64,000 nt of DNA, taken from contig NMRA01000072.1 in assembly GCA_002633005.1 (NCBI GenBank), positions 795,957 to 859,956 of the forward strand, written 5' to 3'. A program made the position numbers and the translations under genes. Shown piece after piece: positions 12,880 through 25,199 of the stretch. Each line of letters begins with the position of its first letter. Positions within the stretch are counted from its first letter, which is position 1. A model generated the notes under the pieces. That model did not search any database. It was not told where the DNA came from and was given only the letters and a program-made list of their open reading frames with translations. The stretch is from Phoronis australis (taxonomy: Eukaryota > Animalia > Phoronida).

Positions 12880-14400
12880 ATACAACGAATTGGTGGCAAT
12901 AGTCGACAAAATAAAACAAAAATGGCAAGACATTGCAGAGGCTGTTGGATATGACTGTTTTGGCTATGCAAAACTGACCATTCCGAGGTGACCATGAGTA
13001 CAACACATCCTTGAACAGGGGCATAACTTGAGACAATGGTATATAAGAGTATTTGGTGAGGTTGGAGCAGTCTGAGGGGAGATGCGTATTTTATCTACAG
13101 ATACAGAATGAATTTATGACATATCATGTCAGAGGAAATGCTGAACGAAATAAAATCAGCCAAATCCTACGGAATGATGCTTGACGGCACACCTGACGAA
13201 TCCCACGTAGACCTAGACCAAATGTTGAAAATCATCATACATGAAAACTGGAAAACTGACCGGTGCAATCCCACCACTACCTGTATGGCAGCGACTGTTA
13301 AAACGAGTTGTTACTACAAGGCGGAGCACTCAGTGATTTGGTCAAAGTGGCCATGGACAATCCAGTATGCTGAGATTCTCGAAGCCTTAGTAGGTGACAA
13401 AAGGTTCTGAGGAATGTCTTCGCATAGCCATCAGGGAATTCACCTTCTTATGGGGTGAGGTACTTCGCAAAGTCAATGATGCCCAAGAGTACATTCAAAC
13501 CAAAGCCTTAACAGTTGCCTACGTTGTTAAAAAATCGAGCCCCTAAAAATATTCTCCAACAATATTGTTCAAAACGCCATTAAACTAGCAACCACGAAAA
13601 CCTAAGTGCATGGCATTGCAGTGGAGTAGCGCGTTTGGATGAAAATAAAAACGGCTGGGGAGCAGTCTCAGAGGCGTCGGTCTATCGTTGACGGACCAAA
13701 ATAAAGGAGAATATTAGATTGCTTGGACAGATTAGCTGAGTTGAATTCCAAAGCAATACTGCAAATCGTCGATTTGTTCGGAACCATCTTAACCACTTCC
13801 TTGGTCAACTCCCCCGAAGATTGCATTAAAGCATGTGTGATAAACTTGGCTGGTTTTTCTGACGAAATTTATGCATCCGAACCGGCATTCGAAATACCGA
13901 GATTGAGAAGCCACTTGGAATCGCTAAACTTCAAAAAGAGTGTGTCAAGAATGGGACTCTGCTGGACGTTATTAAGTTCATTTGCGGATGGGAGTTTATG
14001 GAGCCCGTTCCAAGAAACTGATTTAAGTTCATCTTTGACTTAAGTCTAAGATTTGGCTCAACTTCCAAACTTTGAAACTTCCCCATCCAGTAAGATGGTC
14101 AAAATTAAGACAAAACTTAAGTTAAAAACTTAAGTCAGACTCAAACTTAAGATCTTTTTCTTGAAAGAGAACTGAGGCAATTTTAAGTTTTATTTCAAAA
14201 TTGAAGGGAATTTAAGATTTGTCTTGGCTAAGTCAGTTTTTTTGGAACGGGACTCAGCCTAAAGTTGTTTCTGACACTTTCGTGTGTCCGTGGCCTCCTG
14301 CTAAAGTTTTTCTAAGATAAAGCTCATTAAAACGTATTTGAGATCTAGGGGACCAACGCAGTTATCAGATATTACAATATTTTCAGTTGAAAGCGAGTTG
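12880..14400 (+). mobile_element. Decayed hAT (Tip100/DUF4371-type) transposase in the MFS intron
   Basis: IQNEF..EIKSAKSYGMMLDGTPDESH.D; VKRVVTTR; C-terminal dimerisation motif LKLFLTL.VSVASC..FSKIKLIKTYLRS; many stops and frameshifts. Possible left terminus cagtggcgtacc at ~11009. Confidence 0.75.
14001..14255. mobile_element. Harbinger-like MITE nested in the hAT remnant
   Basis: gagcccgttccaagaaactgatttaag / ctaagtcagtttttttggaacgggactc inverted termini, internal cttaag repeats; transposase similarity resumes after it. Confidence 0.65.
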
Positions 14401-14744
14401 ACCAATTCGCTCTGTTGACAGACTGGGGATTAAATGTCATTAGATAAATGGCTGACTGTTTGAAGCGTATTTCACCGGTAAATTCGCCTGGTTTCGGCCA
14501 ATGTCTGGCTGACAACGGCGAAAATTAGCGATTTGTAATAAAATGACAAAAGCACAACAGATTTTGTTGTTTCTTATCTTTGTTCAAACCTAATACCTCC
14601 TGGAAGTCACCTGTCCCATGCGGCAATCGTATCCAAATGATATTTTCGGTACTATTCTTTTAATACAAAACTAGCTTTTTGCTACTGGAAATTAACGAAA
14701 GTATTACAAAACCATGCATTTACGATACCAAATATCTTTTTCAG

Positions 14745-15772
14745 CACTGTTGGCTATTGTTATCGAACTCTGTGGCGAGAAGTACCGAGAACAAGGCATA
14801 CAAGTGTATCTCGCCTTCAAAGCATGTGGCCCTATCTTCGCACCACTAATACTTCGACCCTTTCTGTCAAAGGAATTAACAAAGGAGGGCGGATGGAACA
14901 GTACAATTCAACTAAATAATACTTCTGACGTCATGACGTGTTTGGGAAACTGTTCACAGCAAAGATGGTCCGAGTCACACGTGCTGTACGGTTACGCAGT
15001 TTTAAGCATTCTTTGTTTTTTGTTGTTTGTAAGCTTCTTTGTGGTATACATTTTGGATAAATGCTTAAATACGAAAACCGTAACCGTTGCACCAAGCCAG
15101 TCGGAATCAAGAAATTTAAAAGCTATATTCTCTAGTCCACGAGTTATTGCCATGACCGTGATATTGTTTATCAATTGTGTTTTTTTATGTGGTGCCATGG
15201 AATTGTACATAGACTTTATAACTATCTTTTGCATTGACCCTACAATAGGTATTCCAAAAGCCGAAGCAGTTTTCATGACGTCAGTCTTCTACTGTGGTTT
15301 GTGCCTCGGAAGGTTAAACGCAGCATGTTGGCTTTCAAACATACTGACTTCCTTTCAAATCATTGTCACGAGCCTTGTTGGTCTGGGAATTATATTTATT
15401 CCTATGTGCCTGTGGGCCGACAAAAGCAAGATTTTGCTCTGGGTCTTTGATGTGTACTTTGGGTTTTTATTTGGTCCTATTGTGCCTTGTATTTTGAGCA
15501 TGTCTCTGAAATACATAGGTGAAGATCCCATAACAATGGCTGTGCCTATGGTAGGGGACGCGACCAGTGCTCTGATATTTCCGCCTGTAATGTCCGTTTT
15601 GTTCGTAACAATAGGTCCAATGACTCTGATGTATTTAATGTGTGGTTGCATTATGGCCTCGCTCGTACTCACAATTTGTTTGTATCCTCTAATAAGACAT
15701 TCGCCACTCCACGATGCTGACAAGGACACTGAACTTGTCGCAATACTTGACAAAAACAAGAGTGAACAGTAA
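14745..15772 (+). CDS. MFSD4/NAGLT1-like MFS transporter, last coding exon
   Basis: Acceptor atctttttcag|ca in phase with the 10703 donor; LLAIVIELCGEK..GPIFAPLILRPFL..FMTSVFYCGLCLGRL..FGFLFGPIVP; about 8 hydrophobic helices; TAA at 15770-15772. Confidence 0.85.
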
Positions 15773-16009
15773 ATGTTTGTCTCTGTGAAGTTCTGTAAGC
15801 GTGGAATTCATAAATTCACTGATGTATCATGTTGAGAAATCTTGAAATAAACGGGTTTGAAGGTGTTAGGTGCAGCTTTTAAACAAAATATGAATTGTAA
15901 CAATTGCGATGGGCGATTCGGTAGATACCACGTGCTTCTAAAGAAACTAAAAAACGGAGGTTTAACATCTGAAACTGGACTGAGAACAGACATCAGAAGC
16001 AAAAGAAAA

Positions 16010-17260
16010 ATAATTTAATTCATAGGAAATTATCATTTACCATACCTGACTGGTATAAAAATATTGTTTAATTCTAAAAACCAAGAGTGTTACAAAATGC
16101 GAAAAAATCGGCTAGTAATTGTAATATAACTGAAACTGCAAATGAACCTGAGAGGTTATATGAATGACTAGTTAAGGCATTAGGAAAGTAATTTCAATGA
16201 TTTAAAAGATTTCTACCCTATAAATACAGAGGTTTTAGAACATGGATACCTCATACTTGTTGTGTACAATGTAGTCGGACATTCATCTAAAATTATCTTT
16301 ATATATTAAAATTAATACCTGTAATACCTGTCACGGAAAGGATCATGCATAGGGTATATGCTGGTGCATTAATCCCTTCCCCAGACCATCCCCTGGACAG
16401 CAAAAGGCGCAGAACTCCAGAGCTGACGTTGCGTGTCAGCATCAGATTGGACAACACTCGGGTACGGCTCTTGTTGTGACTTCTAGCAGCATGGTCATAA
16501 GTAATACTGGCTTAGAGCAGTCGGCTACCGTCATTGAACTCAGCCAGTTGCTCGATGGTGCGTCGGTGAGCCAGCAGCTTAACATCAGCCGAGTATAAGA
16601 AGAGGGGTTGGTTGGTGGTGCATGAGCCACTGAGGTAATCTGCACGCTCATTGATCAAGACACCGGCGTGGCCAAGTACAAAAGACCAAATCACTGAATG
16701 ATGAGGGTGGCGTGATCGGCAGACACCCCAGTTGACTGGGAGATTTCTAGACTGAACTTTCATCCACACTGCCATAGAATCGGTGCCAAAGATTATGTCG
16801 TGATTCTCCAGGTCTAGTTGTGATTGTTTAGTTAGGGCACGTGGTATAGCCTTCCGCAATGTCATTGTCAGTACAAAGTATTTGATAATCCCATCCCGTA
16901 CTGTTACATGCAGCACATTTGGAGCCGTTTGAAAGAGTTACATTCTTCAGTAAAAATAGTAAAAATTTAGAACACAATGACATTTTATAAAAATGAATTG
17001 AACTACTGCAAGTATATATTCGAAACTAATTGCAGTGTTTTCTCATATATAAAAATGTACTGCAGATAGCTCATTACGTTTGCTGCAGAGTAGGACTTTT
17101 CATAAAAGTTAAAACTCTTCATAAAGTAAAAGTTAGTGACCCTGATACATGTAGTGTATGTTACCATCAACAAGAGACATTAGAACACGTCTTTACGATT
17201 GTTATGTTACTAAAGAAAGTGTACTCTGGAAAATAACAATGTTCATAAAAAGAAACAATG
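16010..17260 (+). mobile_element. L1/Tx1 LINE 3' fragment (zf-RVT), split by an LTR-like insertion
   Basis: LHKVKVSDPDTCSVCYHQQETLEHVF.DC (C..C..ETLEH.F..C motif) at ~17115-17200; weaker upstream fragment 16010-16320. Confidence 0.55.
16320..16908. mobile_element. Possible solo LTR
   Basis: GC-richer 590-bp block bounded by TGTAATA/TGTCAC and TGTTACA inside a LINE remnant; no clear TSD. Confidence 0.4.
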
Positions 17261-17818
17261 TTATTTTGAACACTTGTAGCATAGTTGTCACGGTCAACAT
17301 TCAAGAACGAAAAAAACGGAACGAATGTATTGAAAGTAGGACTCCAGGATAAAAAGCCGGACACCTGGATCTAAGCCAAAACGTATGTGTGAAATGGTAG
17401 CTGCAACACGTAAAGACGTACCGACAGCTTTTTTTTGTCGAACGGGAGATGTAACACCCAAAAATGTCCGACAGGTTTTTTGTTGCTGTTTTTTTGTAAT
17501 TTACTGGGAAATTGCAGGTGCTGCAAAACATCGTTTTTTCTTTTTAGTAGAGCTGAAAAATATGGCAATGTCGCGTGGCAAATTACAATTAGTTGTAGCG
17601 ACTAATGCGGGTATCTCACAGGGAAAATACTCTTTTTCGTTCAAATGAGGTTTACTATAAAAGAAAAATACAATACTTCAAAGTAATATAAAACACTAAA
17701 AGGTTTACAACAAATGTATGCGCAGGAAGCAAGCATATAACACAGATATAAGTCGATGTAAATACGCATATAACCCGTCAGAGTTAATTCACAGTTCACC
17801 TGTTCGCAACGACCACAG

Positions 17819-18485
17819 TAGAGAGGTTTCGCAAAGCGATGTGAACTTCACCCATATACCGCGTCATACATGCCATAGTTGGCTGTGACGTAATCCCGAT
17901 AGTTTACGCGAATAAAAACAGATTCGACTCGCTTTAAACGCGAAACCTGTGGCCTCTTTTAATTTTTATTTGGTAAGAGATTTTTGTTTTGATAGTGTTC
18001 TCAATCTTCCTTCTTTGCCTCAGTAGAAAATGAACACGATTCTTTTGTCTGTAAATGCCCTTAAAGTTTATTTGCAAGAAAACACCTTTTCCAAAATACT
18101 TATTCTTCCGGGGTTCGCTGGATATCATCGATTTTTAAGAGATACAGTTTTGTTAATTTTCATGCATCTGTTTATTTCAAACTGCAAATAAATTTCGCAT
18201 TCTACGACTTTACCATTTCCTTGCAGGAATTCGTAGATAAACTTTTTTTCACGTAAAAGAAGTTGCATGGACAAAGTGACTTTTAATTTTTTTATTCTAG
18301 CTGATATGTACTAGGCCTACAATAACTGGACACTCTGAGCTCAGTTATTCAGTTCACGTTTACTTTCACGCTCACGTAAACATTTAGCTGTTGCGAAACC
18401 CATGTTGTTACTATAAAATCAACTGGCACATGCAATTAAGTATGAGCGATAATTCACGTTCACGTCGTTATGCGAAACCTCTCTA
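17819..18485. mobile_element. Harbinger/ISL2EU-like non-autonomous element
   Basis: TIR tagagaggtttcgcaaagcgatgtgaac / gttcacgtcgttatgcgaaacctctcta. Confidence 0.65.
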
Positions 18486-19154
18486 TTACCGCACTTACGA
18501 TAGTATATCCACTACTTTTATCCCTACTTTGAATCTGTCGAGGGAAATACGGCCATGTAATAAAGTTTTCCGTATTCACCTCCCACACTACTTCAACAGC
18601 GACCTCTGATATGGAAAGTTCAAAAGGTAGGTCAATGTCGACTCGACGTCTTTAGCCGGTTCGATCATCAAACTTTGCGAATATAGTTTAAAGTAATACA
18701 GTTGCAGCAGTGTAACTAACACTCGACATGCAACCTGGCCCTAAACGTAAAATCTGGAACAAAACTGTTAATTATAAGACACTTATATGTCTCAGTTTTC
18801 AATTGCTGAATACTACATGTATATCTGCAACTCAAATGCGCCGATTCCTAGGAAATTAATATATCAAATATTGCTATTTTTCAACCATTTCCAGGAGATG
18901 TTAAAAGTTCACTGTACAGTTGCCGTTGTTTTCATCTTTGCGACCTCTTTTCAAGAAATAAATCGTTACTTATAAAACTGTTTCTTTTACAAGAGAAAAC
19001 TTGCAACCTAACGCGCAAGTACATACATATAGAATGTGATCCGCCATGTGAACAGTCATGGTGAAGTATTTTAAAAATCTGCCGAAAAAATGTAAGAAAC
19101 TTAAGGATTCGAAGCGCATTATTATAAAAATTGCATATGGAAACAGTAATAATA

Positions 19155-19237
19155 CACGCACACACACGCGCGCTCACACACACACACANCACACACACAC
19201 ACACACACAAACGCACGCACAAACACAGGCACACACA
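19155..19237. repeat. (CA)n microsatellite (contains an N)
   Basis: Directly visible. Confidence 0.9.
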
Positions 19238-19689
19238 CTTAGCTATAAATTGCGAGTAATAAGTTACATAAACACACCTGTTTTAGGCCAAATGTAGCTT
19301 CTTTTCGTAAAATACTGTAACGTGATTTTAACACCCAAAATGCCTTGTTGAAAACTGAAAAACTCCTGGCATGTTGCCGAAAGTGGTTCTACGACTGGAA
19401 CTGAAAAGATAGTAGAGGCCAAAATACTCCCAGCGGCACCCAGGGCCACAGGTTATAAAGAATGGCTAGTGTATCGCATTGTCGGGTTCGTTGACTAGTG
19501 CCATATGAAATCACTGATTCTATCTCAAGAGTCACGCTTGATGAACTATAAATGAAAATGAAGCAATGAAATTTGGCTGAGTTGATAACTCGGGGCTTCG
19601 AATGACCAATGACAAAAAGAGGAAAGTTTTCCAGATGATGTATGATCGTTCTACAAATAAATAGGCTTGTGTGAAAGAAATATTTTTTG

Positions 19690-19842
19690 TGTTGTAAAAT
19701 TTAACTGAAATAAACGCGTTTTGCATGAATAAAATCAAGATAATGATAAAACGAGACGAAAAAGAGGGAACACAATATCAAATAAGAGTAAATCAAAGCT
19801 AGAAAAGAGGAAATCCTCTTAAAAGAGGAAAATTCCAAGCAT
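19690..19842. repeat. Dispersed repeat; inverted relative at ~55728-55862
   Basis: gaggaaatcctcttaaaagaggaaaattccaagc is the reverse complement of a near match, gtttggaattttgctcattaagaggatttccta, and similarity extends ~130 bp. Confidence 0.5.
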
Positions 19843-20281
19843 TAATTGATAACTACAAATCTCCGTCGATCAAAATCCAGGCGAGCAGGCAGCCTGAAAA
19901 TCTCAATGCAAACTCTCGCGGCTAGTCCCGGGATCGTCACCTGCAGGAGTTGTCATTCCAGTGCTAGACTTCAAAAATCAGCGTATGGGTCACCTTGAAG
20001 AATGTTGGTGCAAAACGTGGTGCATTCAGCAAGGTTAAGTGTTTTATTCACGCATAGATTTGGCTTTGTTTGGATTTGCCAATACGTTAGAAATAAGAAA
20101 ATTGTCTTGTCTCAGACTGTACAGTTTGTTAATGATTGTGTTATAACAGAAATTTGTTGTAACAAGAAGCTTGGTTTCTACATCATCAAAACGTTACTGA
20201 ATAGGGGTTAATATCTATACTGTATTTTATGAAGCACAGGCTCTGATCTCTTTCCAAGTTCCTGCCACTGTCGGACAGAAC

Positions 20282-20442
20282 CAGGGGCAGATTCCCGATT
20301 TTTTAGTTAAGGAAGGCCAGGGCAGAGTATTAGCCAGGATTTTGTCCGTCAGACATTCAGCACCACCGAGCTGCCAAATGGAATCTTGGTATTTTAGAGG
20401 GGCCATGGCCCCTTGCTCCCCTCCCCTCTAAATCTGCCACTG
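20282..20442. mobile_element. hAT-like MITE family A, copy 2
   Basis: caggggcagatt...aatctgccactg, exact 5-bp TSD agaac. Confidence 0.8.
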
Positions 20443-21638
20443 AGAACAAGGTAGAACTGTTAGTAACCCCAAGGAAGGGTGCTTAGCAAATGTTGCTCTA
20501 GCCTAGACAGATGTAAAATTGAGTGTTACATGTTATCAGGAAGGCATGTTATTTTACAATTTTTTTGTACACTGACATCCAGAAAAACTATACCACAGCA
20601 TTTCAATTCTAGACCTTGTGATCTCCATGACAGCAAGTAGCAGCATATGTTGAAAAATGGATTTAAATCAGCTTGATATGTTTTGCGTTTATTAAAACAC
20701 CATCCTCAGAAGCAAAAACAGTGGCCACCTTGCTAGGCCCCACAACAAGTAAAGATACACAGACACAGTCAACAAAACTTCACCAGTATAGCTTATGCCA
20801 TGCTAGGAACTGGTTCCTAGTGCCATGACAGACTAAATCTGTCATTCAGAACCCCTTATTTTTATTTCAAGTACTTCACATGTGATTAACTTGTATAAGA
20901 ATGTTATAGAAGATCATCTGTCACATGAATGTGACCTGATTTTGTCTACATGTAGCACATGTCACTGCGGAAAAATCAAAGAATAAATCCTTTGCACTAA
21001 ATTTTCCCTACAGAAGACAAATGTTTCAAATACTCTATTCACCAAGTTATGTTGCTAGCATCAGGTAGTCTTAGTTACTGTTGTTGACTTCATGTCTCAG
21101 AATCACGATACTTTGCATTACCAGCAAAAAACTCTACTAAAATCCCAGGTCTCACTCATCTATGTTGTTAACATTTCCTGCCTTGGTATAACTATAGTAC
21201 TAACATTCTCAGCTATTGTTGCTAACATTTCACACCTCTATGTCGCAGCTACTAGTATGCTGCTGATGCAGACTCCGTATATATAATCCTATTGTCTCTG
21301 GTATCATTCAATGAATATTCATTTCAGTGTTACACACAAGGGGAATGCATGAAAACAGGGCATTGTCAGCTAATTTTGAACACTTTATGAACTGCCAAGT
21401 CTATCTTTATCTATATATCTTTATACTCTTGATACAAAATGTAGCTCTGAATGCCAAAATCGCCCGTGTCCCCAATCTTCAGAATCAAGAAGATTTTGGC
21501 TTGAATTTTGATGTTCTAAATTTTAGAAATTGGATATCTTTTACTGTATATTACACCTGAAAATTCAAGCCTCAGTTTATGACCATACATGTTTAAGTTG
21601 CTTACATTTGATACTTCAGTATAACCATACTCTCCGTC

Positions 21639-23351
21639 TCAGCTGTGTTGCTGACATTTCGCAGCGCCACCATTGTAATGTTCACTTACACTTCCCTTAA
21701 TGACATTTTTGCACACGAAACAAAATTGAGTTTTACAGTTCCAACATTTCATATGGTTGTTCCTGTTTTGCTTTTGGCTTCTTTGTTTACAGTTTGGACA
21801 AGCGGTCAGTTGATCTTGTACGTTGGGATTCTCTGCCAGCGCTAATCTTATTCGAATCGCTTCCTCATGCACTGGCCGTTCCACTCGAGGTCTGGGAATA
21901 TGATTAGGGTCATGATCAATCAAAAACAAATCACATTTAGTTGAATTGAAGTGTTCATAACCAGGAATTGACTGCCCACAAAGCCAGCACATTATTGCTG
22001 AACACTGAGTGCAGACCATTTTATTGCACCCACCATCCTTTGTTATCGGAGCACGACACTTTGGACAGGGCTTGGAAATTTTCTTCAATTCTTTTTCAGA
22101 TTTTATAATTTCAAGATATCTCAAAGTCTTGAGCTTATCTTCCCCCCTTTGTTGTGTATTTTCCATTTTGGCAGACACAACTTCCTCTAGAGTCTTACAT
22201 GGTTCACCTTGATGATAGACGTTCCGGCACAGAGAGCAAAATGTATAGGTGCAGTATGCACAGTGTGCCTGACTGGATACATTGTCATCATGTACAACCG
22301 GTTGGTTACAACGTGGACACCACTGAATGTCAGACATAGTGTTGAGAGTTTTTTGCAGCAGCAAAGACTCCCATCGTCTGTACTCATCTTCCTGAAGAAC
22401 AGCACGCAGAAAGCTGGCAGGAAGGTAGGTTTTGCAATCTGGATCAGGGCACAGAAGATATTGAACTGTTCCATCCTTAATGTGCACTTGACAATAATGA
22501 GTCAAGCACTCATAGCAGAAATGATGGCCACATGCGTCAATTCGAAAGCATTCAGCACCAAGTCGTTCATCCAGGCATATGCAGCAGGTCTGGTAGGATT
22601 GCCTAAAGTTCTCCATTTCTTTATCCGAATTATGCTCTATAAGTTTCTCCATCACATTTACCACATCACCACACAGGGGCACGGCTCTTGAGTCTAGCTC
22701 ATCATCGTCAACACTCATGCTTGATTCGATCTCTACAACACTTTGACATCCTAGAAATCTAACAGCTTCGTTTTCTAACCAATCACACCATGCAAAGATC
22801 ACCGGGTTCCCCACATTCTCTTCCCAAATACGATCAAGTTCTTTACAAAGTGACGAAAGCTGTAGCCCATCCAACCAGTTACAAGACAGTTTAAATAAAG
22901 GGGCAGAGTCTGAGGGATAGGTACATGGCAGAGTGATGTACAACTCAAAAGGTGACAGATGTTTCAATTTCATAGATGAAGTCCAGTTCCTTCCCGATTG
23001 TGATCTGTTGAAGCTGGGATGGGGACTGCCCCCACTCCGACTGCATGTGTTGGGTCCATGTTTATCTACTGACATTTGTACTTGTTCGCCTTGGACAGAC
23101 AGGTAAGGTAATGAAATGTTCACAGTAACACCGTCCTGGAAACGCACGTCAATTGCAACATAAAGTCTACACTGCAAGTCCAAGTTCGTACAACCTCCAT
23201 TTTCAGATATTTGAGGACAGAGCGGTCTCTGTAGAACCTTGAAACGATTGGTCTCTTCAAATATCGACTCCAGGGCGGTGACTTCGTCTTCTTGTTCGAC
23301 CAGGGAATTATCAATCATTGCACTACCATGCCCCTCGCCCAGGCCTGTCAT
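21639..23351 (-). CDS. RNF14: RWD-RBR E3 ubiquitin ligase, RNF14/ARA54 family (570 aa, uninterrupted CDS)
   Basis: RWD (QEDEVTALESIF..LP.TYPSDSAP.F..W..W.EN.G.PVIFAW), RING1 (CCIC..CGHHFCYEC..CPDPDC), IBR (WCPRC..CAYCTYTFCSLCRNVYH..C), RING2 with catalytic GGCNKM and YEHF, plus an extra C-terminal Cys/His domain. Confidence 0.9.
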   Translation of the reverse strand: MTGLGEGHGSAMIDNSLVEQEDEVTALESIFEETNRFKVLQRPLCPQISENGGCTNLDLQCRLYVAIDVRFQDGVTVNISLPYLSVQGEQVQMSVDKHGPNTCSRSGGSPHPSFNRSQSGRNWTSSMKLKHLSPFELYITLPCTYPSDSAPLFKLSCNWLDGLQLSSLCKELDRIWEENVGNPVIFAWCDWLENEAVRFLGCQSVVEIESSMSVDDDELDSRAVPLCGDVVNVMEKLIEHNSDKEMENFRQSYQTCCICLDERLGAECFRIDACGHHFCYECLTHYCQVHIKDGTVQYLLCPDPDCKTYLPASFLRAVLQEDEYRRWESLLLQKTLNTMSDIQWCPRCNQPVVHDDNVSSQAHCAYCTYTFCSLCRNVYHQGEPCKTLEEVVSAKMENTQQRGEDKLKTLRYLEIIKSEKELKKISKPCPKCRAPITKDGGCNKMVCTQCSAIMCWLCGQSIPGYEHFNSTKCDLFLIDHDPNHIPRPRVERPVHEEAIRIRLALAENPNVQDQLTACPNCKQRSQKQNRNNHMKCWNCKTQFCFVCKNVIKGSVSEHYNGGAAKCQQHS

Positions 23352-23527
23352 TATTAGGGTGCAACTCTAGCAAGTTTGACGACTGCGTTGACTTATTTAG
23401 AGTGATTTGTAAGTCTCTGGTAATATTTTACAATTGTTGTGAAACAGGAAGTGACCTTGACTACAGTGTATGGTGCCATCTGGTGGGATTATTCTTGTTG
23501 AAAATTGCGGTAGACGGGCACACCTGG

Positions 23528-23795
23528 CAATAGGTGAACGTTAATTAATTGTTGTTAACGGCCTGAATTAATCATTAACGGCGTTAACTAATTACAAACG
23601 GCGTAAATTAATTATTTAGGGCGTAAGTTAATTATCTGCGACGCAAATTAACTTTTAACAGCGTAAAGAATGAAATTACGCCGTTAAAAGTTAATTTTCA
23701 CCGTTAAAGGTTAATTTGTGCCGTTAATAGTAAGCTTATACCTCTAACAATAATTTACTTTCCCACATAATTTACGTGCGTAACGTTCACCTTTG
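23528..23795. mobile_element. Foldback-like MITE with internal degenerate aacggcgt/ttaat repeats
   Basis: caataggtgaacgtta / taacgttcacctttg termini; internal units switch orientation mid-element. Confidence 0.6.
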
Positions 23796-24689
23796 TGCCT
23801 ATCCGTCCCCGACGCTTTTTTGACATTTGAGGGGAGAGGAAGGGGACAGTTAACAAAAACTGAGTACGTATGTTTCAACAAAATTCCAAGTGAAATGGTT
23901 ACCTTTAGGCCTGTTGTGGCTCGGCATGTGAGGAGCCGAAGGTGGGGGTATTTTAAATTTCACTTTAATAGGGCCATTTTTGAAAGGATTCGAAGGGTGG
24001 GGTTTAGGGGTCGTTGGTTTGCAGATTTGGGGGCTTTTTCAAGAGCAACTGCCAACTGTTCTAAGAGCTGAAAATTTATCACTGTAAAGTTGTAATGTAA
24101 ACTGTATTATGAGGCCAAAGCCTGNACGGCGTTAATTAATTACAAACGGCGTAAATTGACTTTTAACGGCGAAAATTAATTATTTAGGGCGTAAGTTAAT
24201 TATCTGCGACGCAAATTAACTTTTAACAGCGTAAAGAATGAAATTACGCCATTAAAAGTTAATTTTCACCGTTAAAGGTTAATTTGTGCCGTTAATAGTA
24301 AGCTTATACCTCTAACAATAATTTAATTTCCCACATAATTTACATGCGTAACGTTCACCTTTGTGCCTATCCGTCCCCGACGCTTTTTTGACATTTGAGG
24401 GGAGGAAGGGGACAGTTAACAAAAACTGAGTACGTATGTTTCAACAAAATTCCAAGTGAAATGGTTACCTTTAGGCCTGTTGTGGCTCGGCATGTGAGGA
24501 GCCGAAGGTGGGGGTATTTTAAATTTCACTTTAATAGGGTCATTTTTGAAAGGATTCGAAGGGTGGGGTTTAGGGGTCGTTGGTTTGCAGATTTGGGGGC
24601 TTTTTCAAGAGCAACTGCCAACTGTTCTAAGAGCTGAAAATTTATCACTGTAAAGTTGTAATGTAAACTGTATTATGAGGCCAAAGCCT
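23578..24689. repeat. Near-identical ~550-bp direct duplication joined at an N (probable assembly artefact)
   Basis: 23578-24123 and 24126-24689 differ by a few substitutions and indels; the single N at 24125 lies exactly at the junction. Confidence 0.8.
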
Positions 24690-24739
24690 ACATACAATAA
24701 ACATTTTTATTCTGATTCAAAAACACCTAACATATAGGC

Positions 24740-24810
24740 GTACTCGCCATGTTTAACTTAATTTCTGGGGACTGCCCGCCTGTGTACTATATACCCCAGA
24801 ATTTCCCGTT
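24740..24810 (-). promoter_or_regulatory. Candidate RNF14 promoter / first exon
   Basis: ZNF143/Staf-like actatataccccagaa (24786-24801), a second ccccagaa on the minus strand, and aacATGGCGA|gtacgc donor-like site at ~24745. Confidence 0.3.
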
Positions 24811-25199
24811 GATTTCACCGACAGACTAGACTAGAACGGTAATTATGAATTCATGTGATTTTTTTCTATTTTCACTACTTAATTTTTTTGAATCATTTTT
24901 GTTCAATTTTTGTCTTACTGTTTGGATAAAATTCGCTCAGTGGTTTCACGCTGTGACTAAGCTACTAACGACGACATCAATATACGTCAACTTTCGTGCT
25001 TACTAAATTATCCGTCAGTTTTAGAGATTTTACGAAGTCCTCCCAACTATAAGGAAAGGTTTTTACGGATTTTTCAGATGTGCATGACAGTCCGAGATCC
25101 AAACCATTGCACCATGATCTTTACGTAGAATATAATAATCTTATGCATTTCGCTCATAACGACACTTAGAATTTCACAAATCCACTGACATGCGCATAT

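Noticed and set aside
14714-14744. ATG at 14714 as start of a standalone 352-aa membrane protein
   Set aside because: These codons overlap the polypyrimidine tract and acceptor; the protein continues from exon 10421-10703.
22009-22691. Antisense and alternative-frame ORFs over RNF14 (likewise over the MFS and CTCF exons)
   Set aside because: Shadow ORFs of real coding sequence with no independent motifs.
23578-24689. Real tandem duplication of the RNF14 upstream region
   Set aside because: The junction coincides with an N and the copies differ at allele level, so unmerged haplotype overlap is more likely.
24468-24752. In-frame TGA (..GSCS-TGA-KSPQ..) as possible selenocysteine
   Set aside because: No recognisable selenoprotein context or SECIS, and the frame stops soon after; treated as a uORF or non-coding.
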